Source: Laetmonice hystrix (Eukaryota). Taken from it: a DNA stretch of 64,000 bases. Location: contig OZ249436.1 in the NCBI GenBank assembly GCA_965235115.1, positions 42,162,001 to 42,226,000 on the forward strand, in the 5' to 3' direction. The first letter of the stretch is position 1. Every line of letters starts with the position of its first letter. The notes beneath the pieces are model-generated. The model was not told where the DNA came from. It did no database searches and worked only from the letters and a program-made list of their open reading frames with translations. Shown in pieces: positions 1 to 31,600 of this stretch. The position numbers and the translations under genes are program-made.

Positions 1-69
1 CACCTTAGACTATTCGGCCACCCGAGGCCCCCCTGTCACATCGTTTATTTCTCAAGCAAGAAATAATAC

Positions 70-560
70 GATCTGTTGGTTCAAAATGCTGCCAGAATAC
101 CTTCGGGCGTTATAAGCTGGAGTAAAATATTTCCTCAACTGCAGTTATCCGAATGGACTAGAATATACAGATTATATTTTCTCCATAACAAGAGAGACAG
201 CCGTCCAAATATTTCAATACAGAATTATTCATAAAATGATACCATCTAATAAATGGTTATTTACAATCAGGAAGAAAGACTCCTCTTTATGCAGCTTTTG
301 TAAAGAAACCGATACAATCCAGCATTTCTTTTTTCCCTGTGCAAAAACAAAGGAATTTTGGGAGCGCTTATGGCAATGGCTTATGACCATCGCTGATGCT
401 CTTATAAATGTCAGTGAGGAGCAAATGTTATTTGGCATCCTGTAAGAAGGGTCCAATAACGTTATATTATGTTATGTTATACTAAATGCAATTTTTTTTA
501 TAATAGAAAATGAACAACTGTGAAACGTTGTATCTATGAAAGTTCAAAAACTTTCTAAAA
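70..560 (+). mobile_element. Degenerate 3' fragment of an L1/Tx1-type LINE ORF2 (zf-RVT CCHC region)
   Basis: Translation FQYRIIHKMIPSNKWLFTIRKKDSSLCSFCKETDTIQHFFFPC..FW matches the C-terminal C-x2-C...H-x4-C zinc knuckle region of L1/Tx1 ORF2; frame broken by a stop at 443-445; boundaries approximate. Confidence 0.75.
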
Positions 561-2131
561 AAGGTACTTCATAGCAATAATGTTCACATGTGTTAAGAAA
601 ATAGAAGCAAAATGTTAGTAGACGTGTAAATAAACATAGGTGGGCCTATACTACCTTATGAGAAGAAGACCGCAAATTGGCCTACTTATCAGGTTCTGTT
701 CAAGAAAGTTCTAGCCTGCTTGTATCATGTAACGGTCTACTTGTATACAAATGATTATTTACCAAGCCATAAATGTATCTAAATACTATAAATTGTTATA
801 TAACTATACTTGATCACATTTTAAGTTAGTGTATAACGGTTTAAAAGGAAAATAAAAGCCCTGATGCCTAAATAACATTGGCCAAACCAACCTGATTGGC
901 GATACATGTATATCCCCAATTTTGGAGTAGCAAGTTGCACTGGCCCACCCATGAAAACCCTCTGATATAACACATTAAGCTACTACTTATAAATGTCTAT
1001 CATGCAGAAATATTAAGTAGGGATATTATACTTAACAAAAATGCATATTAGAATTTGCCCCCCAAACTGGTACCGATTTGTCATTTTTGGCCTATCTGGC
1101 TCATGGACTATGACGGGTGTAGAAAACAGGAGGCCTACGCTATATTAATCACCAAATTAACAGTTAAAAGTGATTGACGAATATCACATAAGGACTTAAG
1201 GATATTCCAAATCCAGTAATCAGAAGCCCCGTAACGATCCGAATTGACCGAGGCACTGCAGCTTCTCGCTTAGGTGAAACGTTTCATATTGTTGGGGGGG
1301 GGGGGGGGGGGTCGACCAGGATCGGCGCCCTCATTTTTATACAGGTTTTCTACTTTTCTAATATGAGAATGAAAAATTTTATTTAAAAAAAAATTCAGAA
1401 CCAGATCTTCGACCCAGGGTCATATTAGCGCCATCTATAGTTTCAAAAGCCAAACCTACACTGCCACCTAGTGCAAACACTGTAGCTAAAGCACCCACCT
1501 GACCTCCACGCCTTGCAAGCTATCACCCACTTTCTGGCAATTTAGAAAACTAAACTATCGACTTTTTTTTATAGATAGTTTTATGTTAAATGTAATGTAT
1601 TCATAAAAATCGTTTGTGTTCATGATTTTATTGCTATCTGTATTAAAATAATGTCTGTATATGGGACTACATGCATTTCCTTTACATAATACATTACATC
1701 TCAACTCATCCATCCCACTGACTAAGCTTTGATAAAATTGGTCCAAACCACCAAAATCTCAAATTCTTTATCCAATCCCAATTACCTCTTAACATGGAAA
1801 GCAAATTCCCGCGACATGAATTATCTAATGGACGATTCCTGAGCAAAAATTAAACAATCGATGGCGTACGTTGTACTCCCATATCCCGAAGAAAGAACCC
1901 CCTATAATAGAACCAGACATGTCCAGCAAATTTCCAGCCATGTAACAGACCATCAAATTCTACCCATCTTACACTCATTCTGAAGTCATCGGCATTACAT
2001 ATTTTATAGTGGTAACACGCAAACGTAAGTTTTACATAAGTATAATCTGGCAATGACCGTCCACGAGAAACGATCGCTTGCCATGGGAAACACGCCGCCC
2101 CTGCTGCCATCTAGCGGAGAGGTGGTAGTGC

Positions 2132-19352
<17,221 letters not shown>

Positions 19353-19732
19353 CTTCCCGTTGTTCTGTGGTTCTGTGGAGGGAGTATGCCGGTGGTTGCT
19401 AGAATAGCCGGTAGATGGCGGGCCGAAATAAACACTAATAAACGATAGGTGGCAGTATTGCATCGCAGGCCAAGACAGAGAGTGTAAATTTTTCATCATG
19501 ATTGTGTGGTACCGGTAACCAGAGTGTCTGGTATAGGCTAGGCCCTAATATAAAGTACAAGAAGGACATGAGGCTATAGGTCTATAGGCCTGTCTCCACG
19601 ATGACGATAGGTTTTTTTCCTATAGGTCATGACCTATAGGGCTGTCTCATAGGCAAATAGCACGTGTACCCCTGCTCGGATAAGATTTTCTAAGGTCATG
19701 GTGCTAAGTTTTGTCCTAATCTGAAATCTCAG

Positions 19733-20732
19733 TAGGGGAGACCGGGGCACATTGAGTCACTTTTTAAACTTTTAGCCACTATATCTTAACGGATAGAGTG
19801 GGGCCCGTTCTTTTATTACTTTACAATAAAGCCAGATGCCATGGATTTACTATCTTGATTTTGTCTTGTTCACTTTATTCCAAATGTAGAAAAATGTGAT
19901 TTGAAAATTACAAAAAAAGTGGTTCAACCTGCCCCATATACGGGGCAGGTTGAGCCAGTCGGTGGGGCACATTGAACAATATGGGAAGTCAGTCAGAAAA
20001 CGTAACAAAACAACATTTGAAACAGGATAAAATTATTCTTTTATGCACGCTGCTGCATGTTTGATTGATGATGCATACCTCATGCAAAATTATATTTTTA
20101 TAAAATCTATAAAACCATATTAAAAACAGAAAGTCATGACCAAAGTGCATCACTGGTGTGGTGGTACTGCTTTTTAAACATTTTGAACTGAAAATGATGA
20201 ATATAGCCAAGATTAAGTTCACAGTTACTGGCATTTGTAGTTACCTAGGTCAAAAGGAAAATGTGATATAGCAGCTTGGTGCTCCCAGTGTCAAGCCAGC
20301 GGATCAATGTGCCCCGGTTCCAGTGGTTCAATCTGCCCCGACATTACCTTGGCTATTGTTGACACACATGATGTCGTCTGCTGTGCAGACAGCGTCATGT
20401 CTCTATGCATAAATGCAGGTGACTAAGAGTAGTATCAATAGGGCCTACTAGGTAGCTTCAATCTATCTTACTTTCTGAACCAGTAGATAAAACTTATGGT
20501 ATTGGCATACTTACTAGGCCCCCTAGGCCTATATGGTGGGAAAAAAACGATTTTGTGCTGTGTAAAGTTTGTAGGCCTATTCACAAAAACTTGGTTGATA
20601 ACTACCTGTAAAGATGCATCACCACTAGATGCCGTTTCGGTAGCCCTGGTGGCAAAAAATATTTAGGCTAAAATTTTTTATTTAGGGTGGCTCAATGTAC
20701 CCGGGGGTTCAATGTGCCCCGGTATTACCGTA
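19733..20732. mobile_element. ~1-kb non-autonomous Tc1/mariner (pogo-like) element, TA flanks
   Basis: TA GGGGAG-ACCGGGGCACATTGA ... TCAATGTGCCCCGGT-ATTACCG TA; internal copies of the GGGGCA(C/G)(A/G)TTGA motif in both orientations. Confidence 0.7.
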
Positions 20733-21230
20733 GGCCTACATTTTGATTAAAAATGACTTTTTTTCAGAAGCCGCACGATCTAACTTTGCCTTGCAGCCCT
20801 TTGCCATCTGGAACATGTTCTATTTCGCTAGGACAGACCAATGGGTGATATAAAACCTATGAAACCCTATACCGTGTGTGGGTTGACCCATACTGCCATA
20901 GCCTAGGTCTTTTGACATAGGACTATGGGAGGGGCCTACAGGAAAAACCTAGGCCTAGCCTCAGCCGCTAGGGCCTAGGCCTATCCTATCTACCAGGCCT
21001 AATAGGCTCTATAGCTTGAGGCTGAACTGTTCCTTGTAACATCCTTAGTACAACCACAGAACAGGCAGATGTAGGGTACTCTGTGGTACAACTGACAAAT
21101 GATTTTCTCAGGTTTCTTTTTTTTACAGTGGCTACACGCTTGTCCGAATGTATTTTGTATGTTGATCTAAGCCTACACTAGCACTAGCACAGTGGTTGGG
21201 TCTCATAAATTACATAGGCCTACCTAATTA

Positions 21231-21443
21231 GGGGGCGACCATTAGATATTTAGGGGGCGGGGGCTGACTTTTTTCTTGGGAATATTTTTTTTATTTCAAA
21301 GAGTGGACTGCCTCAATTATTTTTTCCAACCCTCATTTCAGGCATAGCAAGGGAGAATTGATGAATTTCACCAATTTTCCACCCGAAATTATTTCCAGAA
21401 ACACCCAGCCCCCCCCCCCCCCGAATATCTAACGGTCGCCCCC
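21231..21443. mobile_element. MITE, PIF/Harbinger-like
   Basis: GGGGGCGACCATTAGATATT ... AATATCTAACGGTCGCCCCC inverted termini, TTA on the left flank. Confidence 0.75.
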
Positions 21444-24400
21444 AAATCGTTATCTCTGGGTATCTTCCTGTTAAAGGAATACGTTTTCAACAATATATGA
21501 AGGGATGAAATAGAATAACACGTTACTTGCTGTTCTTAACACATAAATTTATTCTCTCATTTTTTCTTTTATAAAAATTTACATGTGATGCTCAACATGA
21601 CCTTTCTGATGCCTATACACGTACCTTCCTGAGCACAGGAACATACAAACAGTCATGCAACGTGTCCAATCAAGTTTGATCAGACACTTGCAATAAATTA
21701 CATTCTGGAGGATACAATAAACTGGAGGTCAGATCCGAAAGTAAGTTCATGGTAACTACTTACACTTAGGCGTCAGTGGCCGGCGCCTTCGACCGATGAC
21801 GCCTGGATTCAGTGTTAGGCCAACGCCTACCTACTGGTATTGCTTGCTCAACCTGCTTACCCTCACATCACCGAAGGCTGGAGGACATTTTGAAGTCAGG
21901 CACAGATATTCTAATTAAAGGGAATATGTCTAAAAATCTAAGAAAGATGTGATATAAAGTTTGGTGTGCACAGAGACATTTTCGAGAACAATTCAACTGC
22001 CATCCTATACCTTTTTGAATGGATCTGAGGCGTAGGGCCTACACTTTATAAAAAGTGTCCAAGTATCCTGCCTGCAACACGCACTACTCAGGCCAGGACC
22101 AGGGACAATAGGGCCCCAAATTCTCCAAGAGATTTCAAAATGGCTGGTCCAATTTCATTCAGATACCGAAGCATGCCTCGTTATGCGGCCAGGGAACACT
22201 ATACCGCAATGCATGTGGTAAATGTCAATTCAGCCCCAAGAAAATGTGTCAACTCGGAAGGGTAACCGTAAATTTGACACATTTCGTTGGTTTCACACTC
22301 GTGACAGAGCTGTTCCAAGTGTCACAAAGCTCCAACAATTAATAACATTGAGCGAGCACGTAAACAAACAACAACACGCCAATCTCAACTTAACGTTAAA
22401 AGTAGTTAGAACGTGCATAAACAAGAGTCTATGAGAATAATTGCCACAAGTAAAAAGGTCACTGGTCACCGAACGACGAATCGAAATGTCCAGATTATAT
22501 AATATTATCGATGCATTTGATACAGAACCCAGAACCACTGTAAGTTCTGATCCCAAGGATTCACTACCCATACGTCCATTCATTTGCTTCCATCCCCGTT
22601 CGGTACGTCATCCTTGAGCAGCTATTATTCTGAATCCTCCTCTTTAGATCCATCACATTATAAATGTAGCTGTTAAAAACGCAGCCATGGAAGTGCCCTC
22701 AGCATTGGCTGTCAACCCTTCTACGGTACACTAACATTCATCTTAGGAGACACCGGTGCTAAAATGGCTGTAATGACATTGTTTTATCAATACACACTGA
22801 ATTTCATTCCTCCGGAGAATTTGGCAATAATACACGTTTCCTGCTTAATATATTTATATAGAGGAGGTTACCTCTACAGAGACCGGCACCTAAATATTTA
22901 GGGTCCATACCAGTATATCAGACAGGAAACACACACAACTATGTCCGATGAACCAATGCGTGTATAATTCAGACATCTGTCCTGTGAATGAAAGCTATAT
23001 TGCTGATACATACACATGCCATGGCTTATTTATGGATACACAAATTATCGTTAAATCAGGACAACGGGCGCCTATAACATTCTGGGTATTCGCACATCCA
23101 GACATTTACAAATGGCATTTTATCCAAGTAAATTGTAATGTACAATGGTCACATTTTAAAAGGTCTCATTTATCTTTTTACTCAGCTCTGCATCCTGCCA
23201 ATATGTCATTACTGTATTTAATCTTAAAGATCTTGCATATTATACACCTCGAAAATCCCTCCTTTGCGGATTCATTTGGAAAAATCATGTTTAGAACTAG
23301 TAGTTTTAAAGTTTGGGAAGGCCTAATTTGGAGGGCAAAAAGGAACAAGAACAAGTTGTTGAGAGCGTAGCTATACAATCTACAATGAAGTAGGCTACTG
23401 TTTTTTTTTGCCATCTTGAAATGCTCATTCGCGTCTACAATGTTCTCCCAATTAAATGCATACAAAATATTAGGCACAGTTACACCATGTATGTGAACAA
23501 TAACACGTATTTCAGAAAATACTTTCAGGCATTCCAGATGATAACAATATCACTGAATGCAAATCCTCACAGGTGCAAAGCAAAGGAGCAGACTTTACAA
23601 ATCCACACTCTTTCAAAACAAGCAACAGGAACATCAAGTCGTTTCGACCATATGGCGTGGCTATGGTAACACTGAGAAATCCATCTATCCAACAAGACAA
23701 AACTAACAACAGTATTTTGGATATACATTACAAACATGGTTCCCCATACAAATCACAGACCATTTGATGAACAAAATGCACACGTAGTACATCCAGTCAT
23801 GTACGATAAGGAAAACAAATATTGGATGAGGGTAAGCTCTGAGGAGGGTATTCCTGCGAATTATGGCTATGGAATTGACATATCTTATGAACAGCAGAAG
23901 GAGCGTGAGGTATAGACAGACATAGTTTTCGATCCCGGATATACACAACAGTTACACGTACATGTATACATAGGGCGACTTTCTAGCTTCTAAACACCTC
24001 ATTCTTTTTAAACACCTCATTCTTTTTCTTAGACCTACTCTTAATTAGAAAGACCAAAGTGCGAAGAAATGATCTTTTCCTACAAATGAGAGTCTTGCAT
24101 TTGTTTTTACCATGCACTAATAAGTCATCTACTGTGAAGAACAGTGACGAAGTGTTATTGCAATAACCCTGAACTCCTTATTGCTTTATTTCTGGAACTA
24201 TGATGTAAAAGGGAAGTCAAGAATCACCAGTTGACCCCTGATTCGATTCACCGCGTGCAGCAGATGGCAGGGGCAGTGGGTCAGGTCACCCAGGTGCTGT
24301 CAAGTCATGTACCGCTACCATCTGTGGGCAGACACAATCAGGACTAAGTGGCGCCGTATTCTTTTCTTGCACCGCCATCGCAAAGTTGGGACGAAAAGAA

Positions 24401-27400
24401 TTGGTGCTTTTCAAAGCAAAAAGACTGGACATCTCAGTAGGAACTCTGATGGGCAGATTGTTGGCATTCAAAATGATGGGATCATGTTTCAGTTCCAGAA
24501 TCTTTCAAGTCGGATTCATATTTGAAACGTGCTGCTTCAAAGCTAAGACACCATGTGACTTAATCGTAAAACAACTGCCTCATCTAAAACAAATAACATT
24601 TTTTTTCATTCCACCCTCTCCCTCTCTTTCCTGTGCCCATGTCAGTGAAAACACAGGAAAAATCAGTACACAAAGACACAATAAATCATTCTTGTCATTA
24701 TAATTACAGAGAATATTCGATTTATACCATTTCACAGTTTCCAAAGGAGCTGTGCTCAGTATAGTAATGGATAAATGGATGGATCTCCTGATATATAGAT
24801 GTCTACCAAGTGTTATATCGCGTATCCCTTTCAGAAATATAACATCCGACATAATAACAAGCATCATTCCCAGACGGGTGAACATAGATACTGGGCGACG
24901 AAATAAGAAAGAATCCAACCTCTATTCTTTCATTCTGCAGATATTCGCCGCGAGACCGACGTTGACAGCTGTACAGGATATGAACATTTTGCGACGCGCT
25001 TTACGACAGTCCATATGTTTAAGTACATGAAAACCCTTTCAATCAAGTACCCGGTAATATCATGTTGGGTTTCTTTCAACTACAACATATTACAATGTAG
25101 AAACAATGTAGAAAATGACCTGTTGGAGCCGCTGGCATTCCTTTCTAATGGCAATCACACTGTTGAAGGGTCACACGTCCGCACAACATTCAAGTCGAAG
25201 GCAGTATCCTTCCTTTTTCTAAACCAAGAAGTAGTAGTGTGCAAGAAACCCCCAACAGTTAAAATGTTTAACTTTTAAACAGTTCACACAAACACTGTAC
25301 TTAAACACCCTCAAATACGATACCATGAAACATGCTAGATGATTCCGAGCACGTTTACACAAGACTATACAATTTACGGCAAGCTCAAGGTGACAGCTAA
25401 TAATTTCAGTGTTAAATATTTCACCGTTATTGTTGATATCATTATACAGGAGCTGGTAACATAGGATGTAAGCATCTAGACGAGTTTATCATATCTTACA
25501 ACAATATCTGGTCTTCTCAGATGGGCGTCTGTTTTCCGCCTTTTATGTCTTTTAAAACAAAATAATTATAGTCAATTAAATCTAACAATTTCAACAACAG
25601 GCCCTAACAAATCGAACAGTTTCTACTGACATCTTGGCATGCCAGTGAAAATGGACAGAAAAACTCTGGCAATTATTAGTAACTACCCGACAACTGATAT
25701 AAATTAATGATCTACATTAACATCACATTAACTATTTCAGTCGACATTGCGAGTTGAAAATAATTTACAGTCTTAACTCTTACATTGTGCGCGAGGAACA
25801 TGGCTTACTGCAATATATCCTTTCTATATATAGATTCTACACCCCTGGAAGTTTGCCACAATAAATAGTTTGTTAACGGAAAAAAACAAGGCAAGTCAGA
25901 GTTATCTCGGCTCAGGTCAAGGAGGCTTGTGTGTTAGAAAATTCTGGAATGTTCGAACACCTGATACATATAAAAGATGGTAGCTTACCAAATACAAGAA
26001 TACCTGCCTATTTCTGCAGTATTCTCTCAAAGAGCACAAAGAGAGAAAACACAATATTATCATTTGTACTGCCAGATTACACTTGTCACTAGTCTCTGCC
26101 TTAGATTGGCGCTAATCTGTCTTACTCTTCAATGTTTAACATTTTAATCCTCCCTGAAACTGTGATCACTGTTTACTGTAGTAGGTCCAAACTCAGCATC
26201 ATGAAAACAAACAATTACACATTAAATAAACGCTTCTTGGAATTTCAATCACCAATTCAAGCCGATCACGATTGAGTTGAACAACCAGTTTGTTTTTTGT
26301 CCAATTTCTCTTGGTGCTACCACAGTGTTAAAAACTCGACTTTTCTAACAATCGGCGAAGCTGACATATAATATATACATTACACCATCATACACAACCA
26401 CACACAAATATATATTTAGAAATAAATACATATAGAATGTGCGAGATGATTTTGCACTAGTTGGCCCTGGTGGCAATTATCGAGACTCTACTGTCTTCCA
26501 TGTGTCCTCACATTAGGATGAGTCGAGGGCGGTCGGGTCACAGCCCTCACAGTGGTTTCGCACACCTGGCCACCTGGTTGAAACATCATGCAATGCAGCA
26601 GCCTTCCTTACATAGACCACCTCTCTCACAGAGCCACATAATGTCTCAACGCTAATGCTCACTCCTTTTTTTTCACCACTGGTTGGTACAAAGCAATGCC
26701 CATCTCAGTATTTGTAGCAAATCGGTAGGTTTGTTTGGGATCGTTTCTCGTTCAATCCTGCATGAGTGTTCCGAACATTCTACTTGGACAAAGTGATGGT
26801 ACCCTAGTCGAGTTTGGTGTTAGATTTTGTGATTGAAATTCCCGGATTACCAGAAAATGTGTACTTTTGATCCAGAGCTTGTTTTTCACAATATCTGCTG
26901 CCTCAAGGCACAGCTTCCCCTTTTAACCCCCACACCCAACCACCTCCCAATTACCCTAATCCCCCCTACCTCAAATAACGGCCTCCCAAATGGAACAATA
27001 GTACAGATAATCTACAGGTATTTGGCACCCAAAAGTAATAAGCAACGTCGTGACCTGTTGGACGTGACATTATAGATTAGGCCTACACTGCACTGCCTTC
27101 CGACTTCACACTCACTTTTTGACCATGTCAACCCTCTGACCATCTTGGCTATGTAACAAAATAGAAGCATCTAATATAAAAGCTACAATTCTTAATAATT
27201 TACTCATTCATGCCACAATAAATAAATCAGAGGTTGCCTTTCTTCACTAGCTCTACACTGAAGGAACTGCAAGAAAGCAAAGAACGCTTCTACCTACGAG
27301 CAGACATTTCGTTTCTATTTCTAGCATGTGTAGTCAATAAATATGCAATGCCATCAATATTTTTACAGTAGAAAATTTTGGGTCTAATATTTCCCCCTTG

Positions 27401-28472
27401 AAGAAAGTCAATGGCCGGGGCCTCTTGCAGAGTCCGTTTACCGAAGCCTGTACAAAAACTGGGTGGCTTTGCTTCCTCCGTTAAGCCTCTGATGTTGGTG
27501 AACTTCCACAGCAAGACTTAGTCAGTCATTTACTCTAATTGGTAGTCTTGCTATATACATATGCATACCTGTATATTACACAATCAAAGGGAAGTTGTGT
27601 TGAGTCATTTGTACAAAACATGGTAAATTACGCCTACTTATAACAAATATCACCAATGTAAGAGGCCATGGTATCGTGCGGTTTACCCCTTTGTTTTTCG
27701 GTACAAATAAATGCACCATTTTACTTCAGTTTGAAGTTCATTTCAGATTATTACATATCATAGTAGTAACCTAAAACATGGTGCAGCCCCGGTGGTTCTT
27801 CAAGTGCGCCCATTTTAATAAATGGATATGTTCATGGGATTTCCTAAAGCAGTTACAGTTTATTAATGTCGTTTCGGGCAGTGTCGCCACCTACTGGCGA
27901 CTTAACCTCACAATATAGTGTCCTTCACCGCAACTCGGGGACCTTTCCAGTGGTGCAGATGCATGGAAGTCCCAATAACATTTATAAGGGGATAGCTTTT
28001 ATCTTGTTCCTTTTTCACCAGAAGAAAATGGTCCCGTCCTCCATTAATGACACCCTTTTTTCTGAGAATCTTATTTGTGCCACTATAGCACGCACACAGT
28101 ATACACACACATAATGGCTCGTAGCCTACAGCACCGGTTGTTGGGTCCTGACGTTCTCAAACGTCGCACAGTCAAACCTACAAGGTCACCTTCCACGAAA
28201 CTCCTTGGTCTGCTGTGGGCCTGAAAGTGCGACTAACCTTAGACAGGTGACCAGGCATACTGGTTTCTACTGGCAGTGCCCTGTCTTTGTTCCGGAAGGG
28301 ACCAGCGCCCCTTAGCCAATCAGGTGCCGGGCCCGGCATGAACACTTTCCACAATAACTTACTTCGAAATACATATTTCCCCAAATTCGTGGCATTACAA
28401 AGCATTAATATCTGCATTGCCGCATTATGAACTGATGCATTCGTGGAGTTTCCTTCACTTTTTCTTGTGGTG

Positions 28473-28604
28473 CTAAGATAGACTTGTCACTTCTTCTAAT
28501 CTTGCCGTGTTGATGGGACGTGTCTCTTCGTTACTCGCACCATAAGTACCGTTGTTTTCTACGGAGTCGGGGAGTGCTGGCTTTCTCTCGTTTTGATCCG
28601 GTGC
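28473..28604 (-). CDS. EGF-ligand last coding exon (APDQNERKP...ARLEEVTSLS*)
   Basis: Acceptor ATTTTTCTAACAG, phase 0, open to TAG at 28473-28475. Confidence 0.65.
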   Translation of the reverse strand, partial: APDQNERKPALPDSVENNGTYGASNEETRPINTARLEEVTSLS

Positions 28605-31600
28605 CTGTTAGAAAAATCAAGTGGGTTTTAATGGAGACAATATAAACGGCAGTGATTAATATTAATATTGCGGTGACAAACGACATACTTGAAGAGGTAA
28701 AATGCTGTGCGCGACTTGTTCAATGAGAATGTGCAATAATAATACTTTTATGGCGCAAAAAGAATTATCATAAACTGCTTTGCATTTCTGACGAAAACAA
28801 AAGCATTCAGGGTGCGTTCCAGTAGAAGACTAAGAGATACCTCATGACATTTTACTTTTGCACGCAAGCGTTTTGACAAGCTTGCCATAACTTGATAGAA
28901 ACATGTTACTAATGTGACAAAATATCCTTTCTCTGTGAAACGGGTTACTAGTAAATACAAGGGTTACTAGTAAATACAGTCAGGTATTATTTACGATATC
29001 TAGCTGCCGAAAATATTATACAGTATAAGCAGTACTAGACCACTGCTATGTGCAAAGCTTGTTAGTGCACCGTCAATTGAAATGGGGGAGGCAGACCTGT
29101 ACTTTCAATAAAGTATAAGAATTATGTATCTAAAGAGATCAGTGCCAAAGTCTCCTCACAAGTTATTCAGTTAACGTCATCAAGAAATTGGGAATTCGAG
29201 AAACATTTTTTAATTTCCAGGTGCTTTTTATATGAGGGTATCTTAAAACCTATAGCAATGAAAATGTTCGTTTGCATAAAATACTAGTCCTGCGTTCTTA
29301 AATTCAGGTCATTTCATCCCGGTACTCTAGCATTTCCTGTATCCTTGTTTGTATAAGGACTCCGCATGGGTCCCTGACCCAAAGGATTCATGTGTAAGGT
29401 CTCGATTTTGTCGGCAACTTCATAATAAGATCTTGTCATACTGGCATGAAATTGCTTTACTACCGTTTATTATTGTATCTCTCTAATTAAATTATATGCA
29501 TTTCCCATCAACTAAATATCTAATTAATGGCAATATCAATGAAAGGTTACTAGGTCCTGTTCGTTATATAGGTCAGGGCCCATCCTGCCGGATATCTCAC
29601 CAAGAAGAGGTTTAGCATGTGCTGCCACCTACCTAGCAGTGTTGCAAAAACGAAAGGCCTAACAACAATACGGTTAACCGTCTTTTAATTCTGTTTTTAT
29701 ATAGGCCTATTGTTTATTCTTCCTTTTTGTTATCCATATAACATTTCTTCCATTAGGAAAAGTAGACTAACGGTTCGTTTCTCGTTTTCGTTACGATTCT
29801 AATTGTAATTATAAACTCGAATTGAAGTACCTACAAATCACGATGCCAAAGGTTATTATAGGTTCTAATTATCTAGACCTAACCTACACGGGATTTCATT
29901 TCAACTACACATGCTATTATATAAATCCAGTTGTTTTTCTCGTGTCGATTCCTACTATTTTAAGATCAACCTGATCAGTTTAAAAATAGACTTGAAAATC
30001 TGAGGTATAAATATAGTGTTATCAATTCTGTTAGTTTGAGCCACCTCGGGGGGTTTCAACCTAAAATTAACTCATGATATTAGCCATGAGCCACTGAGCA
30101 AGAATTACATGCGTCATTATGACAACTGCAGGGTAATTTTACATGCCTTGTCAATACTTAAATCTCTGACGTCACTGTTAGGAAATCCCTGTTAGGAAAC
30201 TAGGTCTCCCTTCCTGAAAGCTTTAGCCCGTAGACTCAGCACAGCTTCTGGCAACTGATTAACAGAACAGCCACGGCACTGCCATTAGTCGTCAACAATG
30301 CTTAGTCTTGGCAACGTTCTTAGTGGGGAACCTTTTAAAGGCTGGATCCGACGGTTCTCTACTTAATTCTAACTTAGCAATAACAGGCTACACGATCTGA
30401 TCAAGCATCATGCTCTTTTAATTAAAAAAGGGAGAATATTTGTTAGTATCCCACTCGAGGTTGAGTGATGGACCAACACCAAAGGTTATAGCAACGTTAT
30501 TGAGAATCATGCTGTTAGTGTTACGGGTAAAGTTAATGTCAATCGAAACTCTTTCACTTTGTGTTAGGAAGGTTAGTTTTCCTAAAAGGAATATCAAGTA
30601 CATGCTAAATGAGAGGGACTATAAGTGTATTTATTTCAGATTTAAAGGGCCTGGTTACGAGAAAGCCAATAGGACCGAATTGAGCTGCGCATAGATATGC
30701 GTGTGGAGCGTGCGTCTCCTTACCTTGCCGTTTTGGTTTAGTTCCCTTGTTTCCTCATCATTTCTATTCTGACCTTGCCTACTCCTACGTAACCTATACA
30801 ACAAATGGGGAACAGAACATTCTGATTCTGCATCTCTGAGGACGACCAGTGAGGCCAGGCGTGTGCCTCCACCTGCAGTAGTTGCGGTCTGTAAGCTGCA
30901 GTGAGTGAGAGCCACTTGAACTCGCACAGCTACAGCAGCAGCCTGTAGGGTTTTGCGTATTACACGCTAATGGTCACCAAACACCCAGGTCTGAGCACAA
31001 TCACGAGTCGAGACCCACACTTGATGTAACTATCCCTCATCAATTTCTCAATCATAAACTTAAAGCTAAGGAGAAATGTAATCGATGCTGCTCACACCTG
31101 AGTGATCTGTGAACCAAAAAAAAAATCTTTGTTGCTTAGCAACCAGTGCCCACTGCTATTTTCAATTCTCTGAAACCGGTAAAAAGAAATTTTCCAGATT
31201 AGAGATTATTCAAAACGGCATTAGAAACTGGTTGCTAGGACAACATGAGATATACAAGGGTTGCCTTGGATACCCACCCCTCGCCGTACGGAGCTGGGCC
31301 TAGACATACTCTCCACAATAGAGGAGCGACCACTGAATGGTCTCCTGTACAGCTCCTCAGCTGTCGCCTCAAACTCGCGATCACGTAGCAAACGTTCCTT
31401 TCTTCGATACCTTGAAATATTTCAGTGTCAAATATCCTGGTTAGTTGTCAATTCACACCATCCCTTTTCGATTTTTTAAAAAAGGAGGGGATAGTGACTT
31501 TAACAGAAGTAAAACATTTAAGGACCGTGTCCAGAAGGTCCCACCCCATGCAAAAAATAGGAACTAAAAAATTAATATTGCTACAATAATTACGGTAGGA

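Noticed and set aside
30655..30927. 90-aa ORF as a complete exon or gene
   Set aside because: Only 30724-30793 fits the phase of the TM exon; the upstream acceptor near 30945 gives an immediate stop in that phase.
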